Below are positions 53,301-62,606 of a stretch of DNA of 64,000 nt, one piece after another. The notes beneath the pieces are model-generated. The model ran no database searches, had not been told where the DNA came from, and saw only the letters and a program-made list of their open reading frames with translations. This DNA comes from an uncultured Anaerolineales bacterium (GTDB taxonomy: Bacteria; Chloroflexota; Anaerolineae; Anaerolineales; UBA4823). Each line of letters starts with the position of its first letter. Positions within the stretch are counted from its first letter, which is position 1. Both the position numbers and the translations under genes were made by a program. Location: assembly GCA_937928795.1 (NCBI GenBank), contig CALFWB010000056.1, forward strand, positions 1,364-65,363, written 5' to 3'.

Positions 53301-54707
53301 ATGTCGAACATTCTCTACGGTCTCAATATTGCGCTCAAGGCAATGCTCAGCCAGCAGATCGCCATCCAGGTCACCGAACATAATGTTGCTAATGCCACGA
53401 CTCCCGGCTACCGCCGCCAAGAAGCGATGATGAGCGCAGACCTGCCGCACATTTTTCCCTCTCTGCGGGCGAATGTGGTGCCGGGGCAGTTGGGCATGGG
53501 AGTGGTGGTTAATCGCATTCGTCAGTATAACCTTGAATTCTTTGACGACCGCTATCGGCGCGCTCTTAGCGAAAGCAAGGGTTGGCAGATGCAAGCAGAT
53601 ATCTTGCGCCAAGTAGAAGCTACCTTGTCGGAAACCAGCGAAGACGGTCTAGTGGCAAAGCTGGATGCCTTTTGGACGGGCTGGCAAGCGTTGAGCAATG
53701 ATCCGACCAACCTTGCTCTAAGGTCGGATATGCTGGAGAGAGGCGCTGCGTTGGCTAAAGCCCTCAATTGGCGCGCCCAATCGCTCATCCGCATTCGACA
53801 AGATCAAAACGCTTTGATTTTGCAACGCGTCAACGAAATGAACAGTTTGGCTAGCAAAATTGCTGCCTTGAATGTGGAAATTGTGGCGGTTAAGTCAGCC
53901 GGAAGTGCACCCAACGACCTGATGGATCAGCGCGATCAACTCATCACCCGCCTAGCTGAGTTGAGTGGAGCAATGGCGGCGATTCAAGAAAATGGCGAGG
54001 CGCTGGTCTCCATCGGGGGACATGCGTTAGTGATTGGCGCCACAACTTTTAAGTTAGCAACAACCAGTGGTAACGTCTCTTCCATCTACTGGGAAGCTGA
54101 TGCAACCGCTTTTACTCCTTCGCGCGGTGAGCTGGCCGGTTTATTACAAGCCAGAGATGGGATTATCCCTAGCGTGCTCAGTAGATTGGATGACCTTGCC
54201 CAGAATTTGGTTGCGCAGGTTAATACGCTTCATTCTGGAGGCTATGCGCTGGATGGCAGCACAAGCGGATTGAACTTTTTCGACCCAACAGGTCTGAACG
54301 CTCTCAGCATTCAACTCTCAAGCGATGTTGCCACCCAGCCGCAGCGGATTGCTGCAGCTCAGCAAAGCACCTCGCCAGCGGATGGCAACAATGCCGTTGC
54401 TCTTGCTAACCTGCGTGAACTTTTGGTCATGAACGGAAGCACCGAAACCTTTAACCAATATTACACCCGCCAAATTACGGAGCTCGGCATCAACATCCAA
54501 CGCGCCGAGGCTTTCGCTCGAGACCGCCAAGACGTGGCAAAATCGCTAGATGCCTTGAAAGAAGCTGTTGTGGGCGTGAATTTAGATGAGGAAGCAGCGA
54601 ATCTGATCAAGTATCAGCGCGCTTTTCAAGCAGCCACTCGGCTGGTCACCGTGATGGACGAAATGCTCGATAAAATCATCAATGGCATGGGAGTGGTTGG
54701 GCGCTGA
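53301..54707 (+). CDS. flgK: flagellar hook-associated protein FlgK (HAP1)
   Basis: N-terminus ALKAMLSQQIAIQVTEHNVANATTPGYRRQE and C-terminus VNLDEEAANLIKYQRAFQAATRLVTVMDEML. Confidence 0.9.
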   Translation: MSNILYGLNIALKAMLSQQIAIQVTEHNVANATTPGYRRQEAMMSADLPHIFPSLRANVVPGQLGMGVVVNRIRQYNLEFFDDRYRRALSESKGWQMQADILRQVEATLSETSEDGLVAKLDAFWTGWQALSNDPTNLALRSDMLERGAALAKALNWRAQSLIRIRQDQNALILQRVNEMNSLASKIAALNVEIVAVKSAGSAPNDLMDQRDQLITRLAELSGAMAAIQENGEALVSIGGHALVIGATTFKLATTSGNVSSIYWEADATAFTPSRGELAGLLQARDGIIPSVLSRLDDLAQNLVAQVNTLHSGGYALDGSTSGLNFFDPTGLNALSIQLSSDVATQPQRIAAAQQSTSPADGNNAVALANLRELLVMNGSTETFNQYYTRQITELGINIQRAEAFARDRQDVAKSLDALKEAVVGVNLDEEAANLIKYQRAFQAATRLVTVMDEMLDKIINGMGVVGR

Positions 54708-54728
54708 ACCTAACAACGGAGGTGTGGT

Positions 54729-55640
54729 ATGCGCATTACGCAGAGGATGATGACGGAAAGGGCCGTCCAATATATGGATGAAAACCTGAAACGCCTTTAT
54801 CAGCTCCAAGAAAAGGTTGCTTCAGGTAAAGAGTTCCAACGCCCCTCGGACAATCCTAGTGGCGTAACCAGCGCCCTCACCCTCCGTTCGGTGCTCAGGA
54901 TGAACACAGCCTATTTAGACAGTGCTGCAACCACAGAAAGCTGGATGTCTGCCACCGATTTTGCCCTGATCCAAACCACACAGCTTGCCACGCGCGCATT
55001 GAAGCTCACTCGAGAAGGTGTCTCGGATACAATGGGCGATGAGCAACGAATGACGTTGGCGGCTGAGGTGGACATGGTGCTTCAACAGGTTCTAAGCGTG
55101 GCAAACACCAATCATCAGGGGAATTACATTTTTGGTGGCTTCAGCACTCTTAACCCTCCTTTTGCTTTGCTTGATAGTAATAGCGATGGGACGCTGGATA
55201 CAGTTGTGCGGAACGGAGACAATGGGGTGATCAATCGCCTGATCGGCCCCAGCTTGACGGTGGTGCAAAACGTCAGTGGGTATGATTTGTTCAATGACCT
55301 AATGGTGGCTATTATGAGCGCTCGCAATGCCCTTCGGAATAACGGCGATCCGAATCAACTCAACCAACTTCAAGGTGCCATAGACAGTCTAGAGGCTCAA
55401 ATCCGCAACGTAAACGATGCGCTGACCACCAACGGGGCGCGCCAACGCGAGGTCCGTTTGACCAAGGACCGCCTCGAGAAGTCTCAAATTGAGCTCAAAA
55501 GCCTGCTATCCCAAAAAGAAGATGTCAACATGACCGAGGCGATCTCTCACCTGCAACACCAACAAACAGTCTATCAAACCGTTTTGGAAGTGGGCAAGCG
55601 GGCAATTTCTGCTCTCAGCCTCTTCGATTTATTGGGCTAA
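54729..55640 (+). CDS. flgL: flagellar hook-associated protein FlgL (HAP3)
   Basis: Flagellin-like N-terminus (MRITQRMM...LQEKVASGKEFQRPSDNP) and C-terminus. Lies after flgK. Confidence 0.85.
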   Translation: MRITQRMMTERAVQYMDENLKRLYQLQEKVASGKEFQRPSDNPSGVTSALTLRSVLRMNTAYLDSAATTESWMSATDFALIQTTQLATRALKLTREGVSDTMGDEQRMTLAAEVDMVLQQVLSVANTNHQGNYIFGGFSTLNPPFALLDSNSDGTLDTVVRNGDNGVINRLIGPSLTVVQNVSGYDLFNDLMVAIMSARNALRNNGDPNQLNQLQGAIDSLEAQIRNVNDALTTNGARQREVRLTKDRLEKSQIELKSLLSQKEDVNMTEAISHLQHQQTVYQTVLEVGKRAISALSLFDLLG

Positions 55641-55652
55641 AGGAAGCCGCAT

Positions 55653-55931
55653 ATGTTAGTATTGACCCGCAAAGCAGAAGAAAGTTTGGTCATCGGCGAG
55701 CAGATCACGCTGACCGTTCTAGCCATCGAAGGAGATCGGGTTAAGCTTGGCATCCAAGCGCCGCGTGAGATCCCGATTCACCGCAAGGAAGTTTGGGATG
55801 CCATCCATGACCAAGTTCGTTTGGCGGAAATCTTAGCCCAAGATGGCCATGGCGAACATTTTGAACAATTGCGTCAGTTCCTTGCCGAAGAACTCAACGA
55901 AATCTTGTCAGAATCGCTTACAAAGAAATGA
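55653..55931 (+). CDS. csrA: carbon storage regulator CsrA (flagellar type, extended C-terminus)
   Basis: MLVLTRKAEESLVIGEQITLTVLAIEGDRVKLGIQAPREIPIHRKEVWDAI, followed by about 40 extra residues. Last gene of the flgKL unit. Confidence 0.9.
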   Translation: MLVLTRKAEESLVIGEQITLTVLAIEGDRVKLGIQAPREIPIHRKEVWDAIHDQVRLAEILAQDGHGEHFEQLRQFLAEELNEILSESLTKK

Positions 55932-56638
55932 GCGAGAAAATCTGCAACGGTCTGGTCGGCTGGCTGGGTGCGAATTTGCTCCAATGTGCCGACTTGTTTC
56001 AAGGTCCCCTCGCTCAATACAGCGATGCGGTCTCCTAAAAAGGCGGCTTCGTTGAGGTGATGAGTAACAAAGATGGTGGTTTGGTGATTGTTCCGAATGA
56101 GAGCGCGAAGCTCTTGTAAGAGTTCTGCTCGCGTAGGGGGATCAAGAGCGGCGAATGGCTCATCCAGTAACAGTAATTGAGGTTCTAAGACAAAAGCGCG
56201 AGCTATGCTAACGCGTTGAGCCTCACCTCCGGAGAGCAAACGGGCTGGTCGTTGTGCCAGATGAATGATGCCGAAACGGTTTAGCCATTCACTTGCTCGC
56301 CTAACGGCTTCTTTATGAGGAATTCTGCGAAAACGCAATGCTATCAAAAGGTTATCTAAAACGGAGCGATCCAATAATAAGGGCTCTTGCAAGATCAAGG
56401 CAACCTGGCGTCGATAGTCCAACCCTTTCCACTGTTCTAATTGTCGCCCTAGAAAGGTGATTTTGCCCTCGGAGGGCGGGATGATGCCAGCTAAGGTGAG
56501 CAGGAGGGTGGATTTTCCAGCGCCGTTAGGTCCTACCACGGCTAAGACCTCACCTCTAGAGATCGAGAGAGAGGGAATGCAAAGGACGGTTTCCCGGTTA
56601 CGGTGCAGGGAGAGATTGCTGACTTCGATGAGGCTCAT
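55874..56638 (-). CDS. tupC: ABC transporter ATP-binding protein (tungstate/oxyanion type, TupC-like)
   Basis: Walker A GPNGAGKST, signature LSGGEAQRV, Walker B LLLLDEPF. Its 3' end overlaps the csrA 3' end by 58 bp. Confidence 0.7.
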   Translation of the reverse strand: MSLIEVSNLSLHRNRETVLCIPSLSISRGEVLAVVGPNGAGKSTLLLTLAGIIPPSEGKITFLGRQLEQWKGLDYRRQVALILQEPLLLDRSVLDNLLIALRFRRIPHKEAVRRASEWLNRFGIIHLAQRPARLLSGGEAQRVSIARAFVLEPQLLLLDEPFAALDPPTRAELLQELRALIRNNHQTTIFVTHHLNEAAFLGDRIAVLSEGTLKQVGTLEQIRTQPADQTVADFLAHFFVSDSDKISLSSSARN

Positions 56639-57306
56639 TGATGGGTTGCCTTTTGTTGAATACGGGTTAGAGCCCAGTTAACCAGAAATGTGATGACGAA
56701 TAACAAGATAGCAAGCCGAGTTGCCAGATCGAAATTGCCCTTCCCCGTCTCAAGCACGATGGCGGTGGTCAACACGCGGGTTTGATAGCGGATGTTCCCC
56801 CCCACCATCATACTCGCTCCAATTTCAGAGATAACCGCCCCGAATCCAGCCATTAGGGCAGCTAAAAGAGGGAGGCGCGCTTCTCGCCATAGTTCGAACA
56901 CCAACTGCCAGCGGGAAGCACCGAGACCCAGCAATTGCAAGCGTAAACGAGGATCCAAGGATTGTAATGCAGCCGCAGTTAATCCCGTGACCACAGGAGC
57001 AGCGATGATTACCTGAGCAATCACGATTGCCGTTGGGGTGTAAATCAGATTAAGCCCACCTAAAGGGCCCGAGCGCCAGAGCAACATGGCTACAAACAGC
57101 CCCACCACAACAGGCGGCAGACCCATGCCAGTATTGACCAAGCTGAGCAAAAGCTGCCGCCCACCGAAGTTGCCCAAGCCAAGCAATGTTCCTAAGGGTA
57201 AACCGATTAGCAGGCTAATTAAAGTGGCGGCCCCACTGATCTGCAGGGAAAGGAAAGTGATCTGGATAACTTCACTGAGTTCGCTAATCATCGGATAACC
57301 TCTCAT
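56635..57306 (-). CDS. tupB: ABC transporter permease (TupB-like)
   Basis: 223 aa with about 5-6 TM helices and a BPD-transport-type loop. Start and stop overlap the neighbouring genes. Confidence 0.65.
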   Translation of the reverse strand: MRGYPMISELSEVIQITFLSLQISGAATLISLLIGLPLGTLLGLGNFGGRQLLLSLVNTGMGLPPVVVGLFVAMLLWRSGPLGGLNLIYTPTAIVIAQVIIAAPVVTGLTAAALQSLDPRLRLQLLGLGASRWQLVFELWREARLPLLAALMAGFGAVISEIGASMMVGGNIRYQTRVLTTAIVLETGKGNFDLATRLAILLFVITFLVNWALTRIQQKATHQ

Positions 57307-58244
57307 TCTCCAAATCCCAAATCTGCGGCGGGGAAGAAAAGGGGTTTGCCATATTTTTGCACGCCAAATTCACCGATATGCTTTTGGGTTTCTGGGGCAG
57401 TCAAAAATTGAACAAATGCCAAAGCTGCCTCATAATTAGCCCTAGGAAACACCTGCGGGTTTACGGTAATGACGTGGTAAATATTTTGCAGAGCTTGAGT
57501 CCCTTCGACTATGGGCTCAAGATTGAGTTTGTCCTGATAGGAGAGAAAAGTTGCTTGATCGGCAAGGAGGTAACCTCTTTTTTCAGAGGCGATGATCAAA
57601 GAAGCGCCCATGCCTTGTCCTGTTTCGATATACCAGGATTGTCCTTGCGGATTGTATCCGATCGTTTTCCACAAACTCATTTCCACTTGATACGTGCCCG
57701 AATCATCGCCGCGCGAGATAAAATACGCTTGGGTGTTGGCAATGGCTTGCAGCGCCTCCAAGATAGGTTTTGCTTTGGCCTGTGCGGGGTCTTCGGGCGG
57801 TCCGACCAGAAGAAAGTTATTGTGCATCACCGGGACGCGATCTTTGCCGTATCCTTCAGCCATAAACTGGAGTTCTGCGGTGGGATCGTGGACAAGGAGA
57901 ACATCGGCATTCCCATCTGCCCCCATTTGGAGCGCCTGACCGCTGCCTACCGCCACGGTCTTAACCAGATAGCCGCTTTGGGCTTCAAACAGCGGCACTA
58001 ACAAATCTAGCAGTCCACAATCCTGAACGGATGTGGTTGTGGCTAGGATGAGCGGCGCATTTTTTTGCCTACTTGCCGAGTCTGGATGAGAAGTGGGTGG
58101 CGAATGGCTGCCCTTCTCAGCCTGGACAAGAAAAGGAGACGCAACTCCTTTATTCGTTTTGGGAGGCGAGGGATGGCAAGCTGCAAGGATGATCGTCAAG
58201 ATCACCAACGGCATTGATGGGCGCAAAATTCGTTGAATGAGCAT
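57303..58244 (-). CDS. tupA: lipoprotein substrate-binding protein, tungstate-binding TupA-like
   Basis: Lipobox ILAAC. The TTTS motif context (LILATTTSVQDCGLLDLLVPLFE) is as I recall it for TupA-type tungstate binders. Confidence 0.6.
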   Translation of the reverse strand: MLIQRILRPSMPLVILTIILAACHPSPPKTNKGVASPFLVQAEKGSHSPPTSHPDSASRQKNAPLILATTTSVQDCGLLDLLVPLFEAQSGYLVKTVAVGSGQALQMGADGNADVLLVHDPTAELQFMAEGYGKDRVPVMHNNFLLVGPPEDPAQAKAKPILEALQAIANTQAYFISRGDDSGTYQVEMSLWKTIGYNPQGQSWYIETGQGMGASLIIASEKRGYLLADQATFLSYQDKLNLEPIVEGTQALQNIYHVITVNPQVFPRANYEAALAFVQFLTAPETQKHIGEFGVQKYGKPLFFPAADLGFGE

Positions 58245-58289
58245 GGGTCAAAGATGGAGGAGGTGGAACTTGACCCTCCGTGCCTCTCT

Positions 58290-59276
58290 TTAGGGACCGA
58301 AAAGGTTGATCTGATCGCCGCTCTGGCGCAGACTATAGCCCGGCAGCTTGGAAACCTTCTGCCGAAATGATCGATCGCTTAGCAGGTCAAAGAGGGGTTT
58401 CATTTTATCTTTTCCTTCTTCCGCTAAAATAAGGTCATATCGTTCTTCAAAGAGTGGGATAAACTCAAGTTGGTAGCGGCTGGCAGCAGATTGTAAGCCG
58501 AGCGCAAGATCGGCCTTGCCAACATAAACCCAAAGGGCGGCTTCCTCGTGGGTATTCACTTCTTGGTCAAAGCCGCGGATTTGATGAGGGTCTATTCCGG
58601 CTTGATGGAGCGCTCTCTCCAACCAAATCCGAGTTCCCGAACCGCGATTGCGGTTAACCAAACAAACATCCACTCGAGCGAGATCCTCTAAACCACGAAT
58701 GCCCTTGGGATTGCCCGAGGGAAGAATGAGCCCTTGGATTCGATGGGTGAGAGTCACGACGCTCAGAGGACGATCGGGAAAAAGATGGCGCAAGGTGGGC
58801 ACGTTATATTCCCCACTGGCTTCATCGAAGAGATGGCTTCCACAAACGTGCGAGAAACCAAGACGAAGATTGATTAAGCCATTGAGTGAGCCTACTGGCA
58901 GGGTTAGGATATGATAATTTTCCGAGAGTTGCTCAGCCAGAACCTTCCAGGCAAAATCGTCGCTGCCAGAAAAAATCAGAAGAGGTTTGGAGGTCTTTGG
59001 CGGAATCATCTGTTGCAAAAGGAACGCCCCAGCCGCCGAGCGATAATAGCGCTCAATTTGTCGCCCGCGCTTGCGCCTCTCCCAGAACTCGACTAACCCT
59101 ACTGCTTCAAGTCGTTTGAGGTGGTGGCGTACCCAAGCCGGGGAATGATGGAGTTGGTCGGCAAGTTGGGTGAGAGTGGCTGGGTTTGCCATCAAACGCT
59201 GCAGAATTGCCAGACGGTTCGGCTCCGCCAAGGCTTCAATCTGAAGGTAAGAATGAAGAACTTGTACTGTGTTCAC
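58290..59276 (-). CDS. transcriptional regulator: ArsR-type HTH fused to a periplasmic-binding-protein-like (molybdate/tungstate-type) domain
   Basis: N-terminus LAEPNRLAILQRLMANPATLTQLADQLHHSPAWVRHHLKRLEAVGLV. C-terminal PBP-like domain (LLIFSGSDDF...VNRNRGSGTR). GTG start. Only 45 bp upstream of tupA. Confidence 0.7.
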   Translation of the reverse strand: MNTVQVLHSYLQIEALAEPNRLAILQRLMANPATLTQLADQLHHSPAWVRHHLKRLEAVGLVEFWERRKRGRQIERYYRSAAGAFLLQQMIPPKTSKPLLIFSGSDDFAWKVLAEQLSENYHILTLPVGSLNGLINLRLGFSHVCGSHLFDEASGEYNVPTLRHLFPDRPLSVVTLTHRIQGLILPSGNPKGIRGLEDLARVDVCLVNRNRGSGTRIWLERALHQAGIDPHQIRGFDQEVNTHEEAALWVYVGKADLALGLQSAASRYQLEFIPLFEERYDLILAEEGKDKMKPLFDLLSDRSFRQKVSKLPGYSLRQSGDQINLFGP

Positions 59277-59302
59277 AACGATTAAGGAATTCCTTAATCG
59301 TT
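59277..59302. promoter_or_regulatory. 26-bp perfect palindrome (candidate operator) abutting the regulator start codon
   Basis: AACGATTAAGGAA|TTCCTTAATCGTT, read directly. It overlaps the predicted transcription start and SD of the minus-strand operon. Confidence 0.6.
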
Positions 59303-59330
59303 ATTTTATGCGATTTGGCTAATTTGTCAA
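59303..59330 (-). promoter_or_regulatory. sigma-70-type promoter for the regulator-tupABC operon
   Basis: On the minus strand, TTGACA-16 nt-TAAAAT. The predicted start site falls inside the palindrome. Confidence 0.5.
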
Positions 59331-59353
59331 TAATGAGGGATAATTAGTTGCCA

Positions 59354-59382
59354 TTGACAACCAAAATGAAATTGGGTAAAGT
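59354..59382 (+). promoter_or_regulatory. sigma-70-type promoter for the ROK kinase gene
   Basis: TTGACA-17 nt-TAAAGT, about 30 nt before the ATG at 59414. Its -35 is the mirror arm of the minus-strand -35 (TTGTCAAT...ATTGACAA). Confidence 0.5.
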
Positions 59383-59413
59383 GAAATTCGGAAACCTGCC
59401 TGTGAGGTGAAGC

Positions 59414-60379
59414 ATGAAATGGTTTGTGGGTTGTGACCTCGGTGGCACCAATTTGCGGGCTGCCCTCGTTGATGTCGAGAACGGGAAAGTGCTCTTCCAA
59501 AAATCGATTGCCACTTTAGCCCGTCAAGGTCCCGAGGCGGTAATGAAGCGCATGGCCGAACTCGTTCTGGATGTCATCCGATCTGGGGGTTATTCGCTGA
59601 GCGACGTGGGCGGCATCGGCATTGGCGCGCCGGGTTTGCTGGACTTAGAAAAAGGCGAGACCCTTTTTCTCACCAATTTTGCCGGCAATTGGCCACATGT
59701 TCCTTTGTGCGCCACCATTCAACGTTTGACCTCACTTTCGACAGTCTTAATCAACGATGCCCGTGCCATCACTTTTGGTGAATGGCGCTATGGAGCCGGG
59801 CAGGGGGTTGAGACGATGGTCGTTTTTGCTTTGGGCACTGGGGTGGGTGGCGGTTTGGTGATCAACGGGCAATTGCATTTTGGCTTGAGCGGCAGTGCTG
59901 GCGAAATCGGTCATATTGTCCTAGACCCTGAGGGTCCGCGCTGCGGCTGCGGCAACCGCGGTTGTTTAGAGGTGTATGCTTCAGGTCCGGCGATCGCAGC
60001 CATGGGGATGAAAATGGTCGCCCAGGGACTCGCTACCCGGATTGCCGACCTCTGCACAGGAGACTATAACCGAATCAACGCAGCCCTGATCGCCCAAGCT
60101 GCCCGAGAGGGCGATGCGATTGCCCAAGAAATTTACGACCGCGCTGGTGAAGCCCTCGGCAAAGCTGCAGCAACGCTGTGCGTCACCCTGAGCCCACAAC
60201 GGATTGTCCTGACCGGCGGGGTGGCGCAAGCGGGCGATTTGTTACTCCATCCCATGCGAGAGACCCTGCGTCGGCTGGCGCGGGTTATACCGGTGGATCA
60301 GGTAGAGGTTGTACTGGGCAAGTTGGGGGATCAAGCCGGCGTGCTCGGCGCAGCTTGCTTTGCAGCCCAAAAGACTTAG
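59414..60379 (+). CDS. ROK family sugar kinase (glucokinase-like)
   Basis: N-terminus DLGGTNLR. ROK zinc motif GHIVLDPEGPRCGCGNRGCLE. Confidence 0.85.
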   Translation: MKWFVGCDLGGTNLRAALVDVENGKVLFQKSIATLARQGPEAVMKRMAELVLDVIRSGGYSLSDVGGIGIGAPGLLDLEKGETLFLTNFAGNWPHVPLCATIQRLTSLSTVLINDARAITFGEWRYGAGQGVETMVVFALGTGVGGGLVINGQLHFGLSGSAGEIGHIVLDPEGPRCGCGNRGCLEVYASGPAIAAMGMKMVAQGLATRIADLCTGDYNRINAALIAQAAREGDAIAQEIYDRAGEALGKAAATLCVTLSPQRIVLTGGVAQAGDLLLHPMRETLRRLARVIPVDQVEVVLGKLGDQAGVLGAACFAAQKT

Positions 60380-60538
60380 GATTATAAGAACTCTGTAAGA
60401 AACGCTTGGTTGGGACAGGTTTGGGGGAAATTGGGATTAGAATTAGAGAGCTTTTTTATACTTCTACGTAGATAGAAAACGAAAAAAGTGACTTATAGAT
60501 AGCATATCTCAAAACTCCGAAAGATTAGGACGCTAACA

Positions 60539-61909
60539 ATGAAAAAAAGGTGGATTTCGGTCTTAGCGATACTGGTTATTTTGGTTGGCGGGGGATTGGG
60601 CTTCCGCCAGTGGCAAACAAACCGTCAAGCCAGCCGCAGCGCAGCTTTTCAAACAGAAACTGTCGCCCGTGGGGAGCTGGTTGCCACGGTTGGCGGGACA
60701 GGCACAGTTCACGCCAATCAAACCGCCATTTTGACCTGGCAGACCAGCGGCACAGTCGAAGAAGTCCTCGTTCAGGTCGGGGATGTGGTTATGGAAGGGC
60801 AGGAATTGGTGACCCTTAGGCGTGATTCCTTGCCCCAAAATGTCATCCTCGCCCAAGCAGAGCTAACCGAGGCGCAAAAGGCGCTTGATGACCTTTACAC
60901 CAATGCCGAGACGGCAAAGACCAATGCCATGCAAGCCATCGCCCGCTATGCGAACGCCGTGCGCGATGCCCAATACCAGTTGGATAATTTCACTGTGCCG
61001 AGCAACCAAGCTGACTTGGACGCAATTACCGCCTTGGACTTGATGAAAAAGAACTTAGATGCCGCACGCCAAGCCTTTGAAGCCGTGAAATATCGTCCGC
61101 TTGAAGACTCTTTGCGTAAAGAGTTAAAGGAAAAGCTGGACACCGCTCAAAGTGACTATAATGCCGCCGTGCGGCGGGTTGAATTGGAATACAACCTTCA
61201 GGTAGCGCAGGCAAATTTGGCAAAAGCCCGTCAAGATTATGAGAAGTGGAAAGACGGGCCCTCTGCTGCCGACATCGCTGCCATTGAAGCGCGCCGGGCG
61301 GCCGCCCAAGCGACATTGAACCTCGCTCACCTCACCGCTCCGTTTAGCGGCACGGTTACTGAGGTGCAGATCAAACCCGGCGATCAGGTCACTCCCGGCA
61401 AGGTTGCCATCCGCATTGATGATCTCTCTAGCTTGCTGGTGGATGTGCGCATATCAGAAGTGGATGTTAATCGCGTCCAAGTAGGGCAGGAAGCCACTTT
61501 GAATTTTGACGCAATTTTGAACAAATCCTACCGGGGCAGGGTCAAAGAAGTTGCCCCGGTCGGGACGGTGACGCAAGGGGTGGTCGATTTTATCGTAACG
61601 ATTGAGTTGATCGACCCCGATCAGGATGTCAAGCCAAGCATGACCGCGGCGGTCAATATTGTCGTCAACCAGCTCAGCGATGTGTTGTTAGTGCCAAACC
61701 GCGCCGTGCGGCTCAGCGGTGGCAAACGGATTGTGTATGTTTTGCGCAACGGCTTGCCCGAAGCTGTGCCGATCACCCTCGGCGCATCCTCCGAAACTCA
61801 CAGTGAGGTAATCGGCGGGGAGCTTAAAGTTGGCGATGCGGTGATCCTCAATCCACCAACTGTTTTTGAGCAGAATGGTCCGCCGCCATGGGTGAATAGC
61901 AATCGTTGA
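60539..61909 (+). CDS. efflux periplasmic adaptor subunit (HlyD/MacA-like)
   Basis: N-terminal TM anchor, lipoyl-like and coiled-coil hairpin segments, then a beta-barrel domain. Lies upstream of MacB-type genes. Confidence 0.8.
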   Translation: MKKRWISVLAILVILVGGGLGFRQWQTNRQASRSAAFQTETVARGELVATVGGTGTVHANQTAILTWQTSGTVEEVLVQVGDVVMEGQELVTLRRDSLPQNVILAQAELTEAQKALDDLYTNAETAKTNAMQAIARYANAVRDAQYQLDNFTVPSNQADLDAITALDLMKKNLDAARQAFEAVKYRPLEDSLRKELKEKLDTAQSDYNAAVRRVELEYNLQVAQANLAKARQDYEKWKDGPSAADIAAIEARRAAAQATLNLAHLTAPFSGTVTEVQIKPGDQVTPGKVAIRIDDLSSLLVDVRISEVDVNRVQVGQEATLNFDAILNKSYRGRVKEVAPVGTVTQGVVDFIVTIELIDPDQDVKPSMTAAVNIVVNQLSDVLLVPNRAVRLSGGKRIVYVLRNGLPEAVPITLGASSETHSEVIGGELKVGDAVILNPPTVFEQNGPPPWVNSNR

Positions 61910-61923
61910 GTCAGGGGAAGCCT

Positions 61924-62604
61924 ATGAACGAAAAGGATGTCGTCATAGATGCCCGCAATTTGACCAAGGTCTATAAAATGGGCGATGTTGAAGTCCACGC
62001 CTTGCGCGGCCTCACCATGCAGGTCAACCGTGGCGAGGTGGTGGCGATTATGGGTCCCTCCGGCTCTGGAAAATCGACCTTGATGAATATCATCGGTTGC
62101 CTAGACCGCCCGACTTCGGGCGAGTACATCTTGGATGGCAAGCGCGTTTCCGATCTCAAGGATGATGAATTAGCCCGCATTCGCAACCAAAAGGTAGGGT
62201 TTGTTTTCCAAAGTTTTAATTTGCTGCCGCGCGCCACGGCGTTAGCCAATGTGGAATTGCCTTTACGATACGGGGGCGCTAATGGAAATCGACGCGAGCG
62301 GGCAAAGCAAGCCTTGGTCGCAGTCGGTTTAGCCGACCGCATTCACCACCGCCCCAACGAATTATCGGGCGGGCAGCAGCAACGTGTGGCGATTGCCCGC
62401 GCTCTGGTGAACAATCCGGCCATCGTCCTAGCCGATGAGCCTACCGGCAACCTAGATACTAAATCGGGCGAAGAAATCATGCGTCTACTCTTAAACCTCA
62501 ATCAGGAGCGGGGCGTGACGCTCATTATCGTCACGCACGATCCAGACGTTGCCGCTCATGCACAACGCATTGTCCATATTCGGGATGGCAGGGTGGAGGC
62601 TTAG
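61924..62604 (+). CDS. ABC transporter ATP-binding protein (MacB/LolD-like)
   Basis: [24 protein letters not shown] and [11 protein letters not shown]. Start taken at the ATG with GGGGAAG upstream; a TTG at 61906 is an alternative. Confidence 0.9.
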   Translation: MNEKDVVIDARNLTKVYKMGDVEVHALRGLTMQVNRGEVVAIMGPSGSGKSTLMNIIGCLDRPTSGEYILDGKRVSDLKDDELARIRNQKVGFVFQSFNLLPRATALANVELPLRYGGANGNRRERAKQALVAVGLADRIHHRPNELSGGQQQRVAIARALVNNPAIVLADEPTGNLDTKSGEEIMRLLLNLNQERGVTLIIVTHDPDVAAHAQRIVHIRDGRVEA

Positions 62605-62606
62605 CG

